From contig OZ024744.1 in NCBI GenBank assembly GCA_964016885.1, positions 43,834,001 through 43,898,000 of the forward strand: a DNA stretch of 64,000 nucleotides, read 5' to 3'. The notes beneath the pieces were generated by a model. It was given only the letters and a program-made list of their open reading frames with translations. It made no database searches and was not told where the DNA came from. This DNA comes from Eledone cirrhosa (Eukaryota). Made by a program: the position numbers and the translations under genes. Positions 62,946 to 64,000 of the stretch are shown piece after piece (within the stretch, counting starts at the first letter, position 1; every line of letters begins with the position of its first letter).

Positions 62946-64000
62946 AATAATAATAATAATAATAATAATGATTTCTTTATTAACCACAAGGGTTTACATA
63001 ATGTAGACATTAAGGACAGTACAGGACAATACAGGACGGTACAAATGGGTATTTCTGCGTGTAAAAAACAAGAAACAGAGGATGTAATAATAGAACAATG
63101 AAAAAATTCCTCAATATGGGGGGGGGGGGGAGACTTCCGAGGGACATTCGTGGAGAAAGCCCATAAAAAAAGCCACAGTGACCCTGACCACCAGGGCAAG
63201 TGCCCTCTCCCAGTTTTCCACCTTTAATTTACAGATATATACTCAGAGTAGGCCCATTCACTCGGGCCATTCTCGCCTCTCTCACCCATCTTTCAACAAA
63301 ATGCTGGGAAGAGAGCACTTCCCTCTCTACCCTGATTTTCCTTTTCAAATGAAATTTGAAAAAGTTAATCAGGGCATCGCCGAAGAGGTAAGTGCTCGTC
63401 TTCAGCCCTTTCAAACGTGTCCACCATACTATCTCTTTCGCCATGGCCACCAGACAGATAAAAACTGCCTGCCCTTCCCGGCTAAAAGAAGAGGACGGGG
63501 CAATCCTCACGATGGACTCAGCTGATAGCTGGATCCGTCCTACACGTGACAGCAGGTGTTCGACATAAACCCATAAGTCAGCAATGCTCGGACACTGGAC
63601 GAGTGCGTGCAGGACGGTTTCGTCGCCCTGCGCGCATCTCGGACATGCCCGACTGACGGCACCTCCATGCCTGTAGAGTTTATCCCGAACTGGCAGAGCT
63701 CCCCGGTAGCACTGCCAGGCCAGGGATTTCTGGAAATTGTCCATAGGCCCCGGCCCGTAAGTCCTTCCGAAAAGATTGGCTAGTTGATTTTCGTCGACGC
63801 CTAGAGTTTCTCCAAGTACGTCGTCGCTCTTCCCCTCCACGGCATGCCCAGACCTCCACGTAGCGGGTGTTGACAGCAGATGGACCGCCTGACGATCGGA
63901 GCGCGTCCCTTCCACATGGATGCGTCTTGTCACCGCATCCATGACAACTTGGGCGCCTACCTTCGACAGTCACGGGTAGATGGCTGCCGTCGTCCAGATC
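62946..64000 (-). mobile_element. Second, internally deleted Tx1-like copy, head-to-tail with the first
   Basis: (ATT)8 tail, similar 3' UTR and near-identical ORF2 C-terminus. There is a 253-bp deletion at 63840/63841 and a junction near 63916 to an ORF1 knuckle region. Confidence 0.88.

Overview
Repeat-saturated animal genomic DNA, probably an octopod cephalopod (inferred from the SINE and RTE types and the microsatellite density). Almost all ORFs in the track are transposon or low-complexity artefacts. Beneath them lies the 5' part of one + strand host gene, a secreted S1 (trypsin/chymotrypsin-family) serine protease. It has a TATA box (1686), a signal-peptide exon (1743-1791), a possible 12-nt microexon (38106-38117) and the His57 'LTAAHC' exon (56689-56851). 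The ~55 kb of intron holds a nested Gypsy/CR1 stack (2.1-11.1 kb), a ~26.5 kb strand-asymmetric ~31-bp satellite, three Penelope-like elements (two as inverted fold-backs), SINEs, several hammerhead-ribozyme motifs, a palindrome carrying a tRNA-like cloverleaf, and other inverted or tandem repeats. Directly after the His exon lies an intact two-ORF Tx1-like LINE flanked on both sides by (TAA)n, head-to-tail with a deleted second copy whose ORF1 is strongly diverged. All alignments and folds were done by eye, and no database searches were run.
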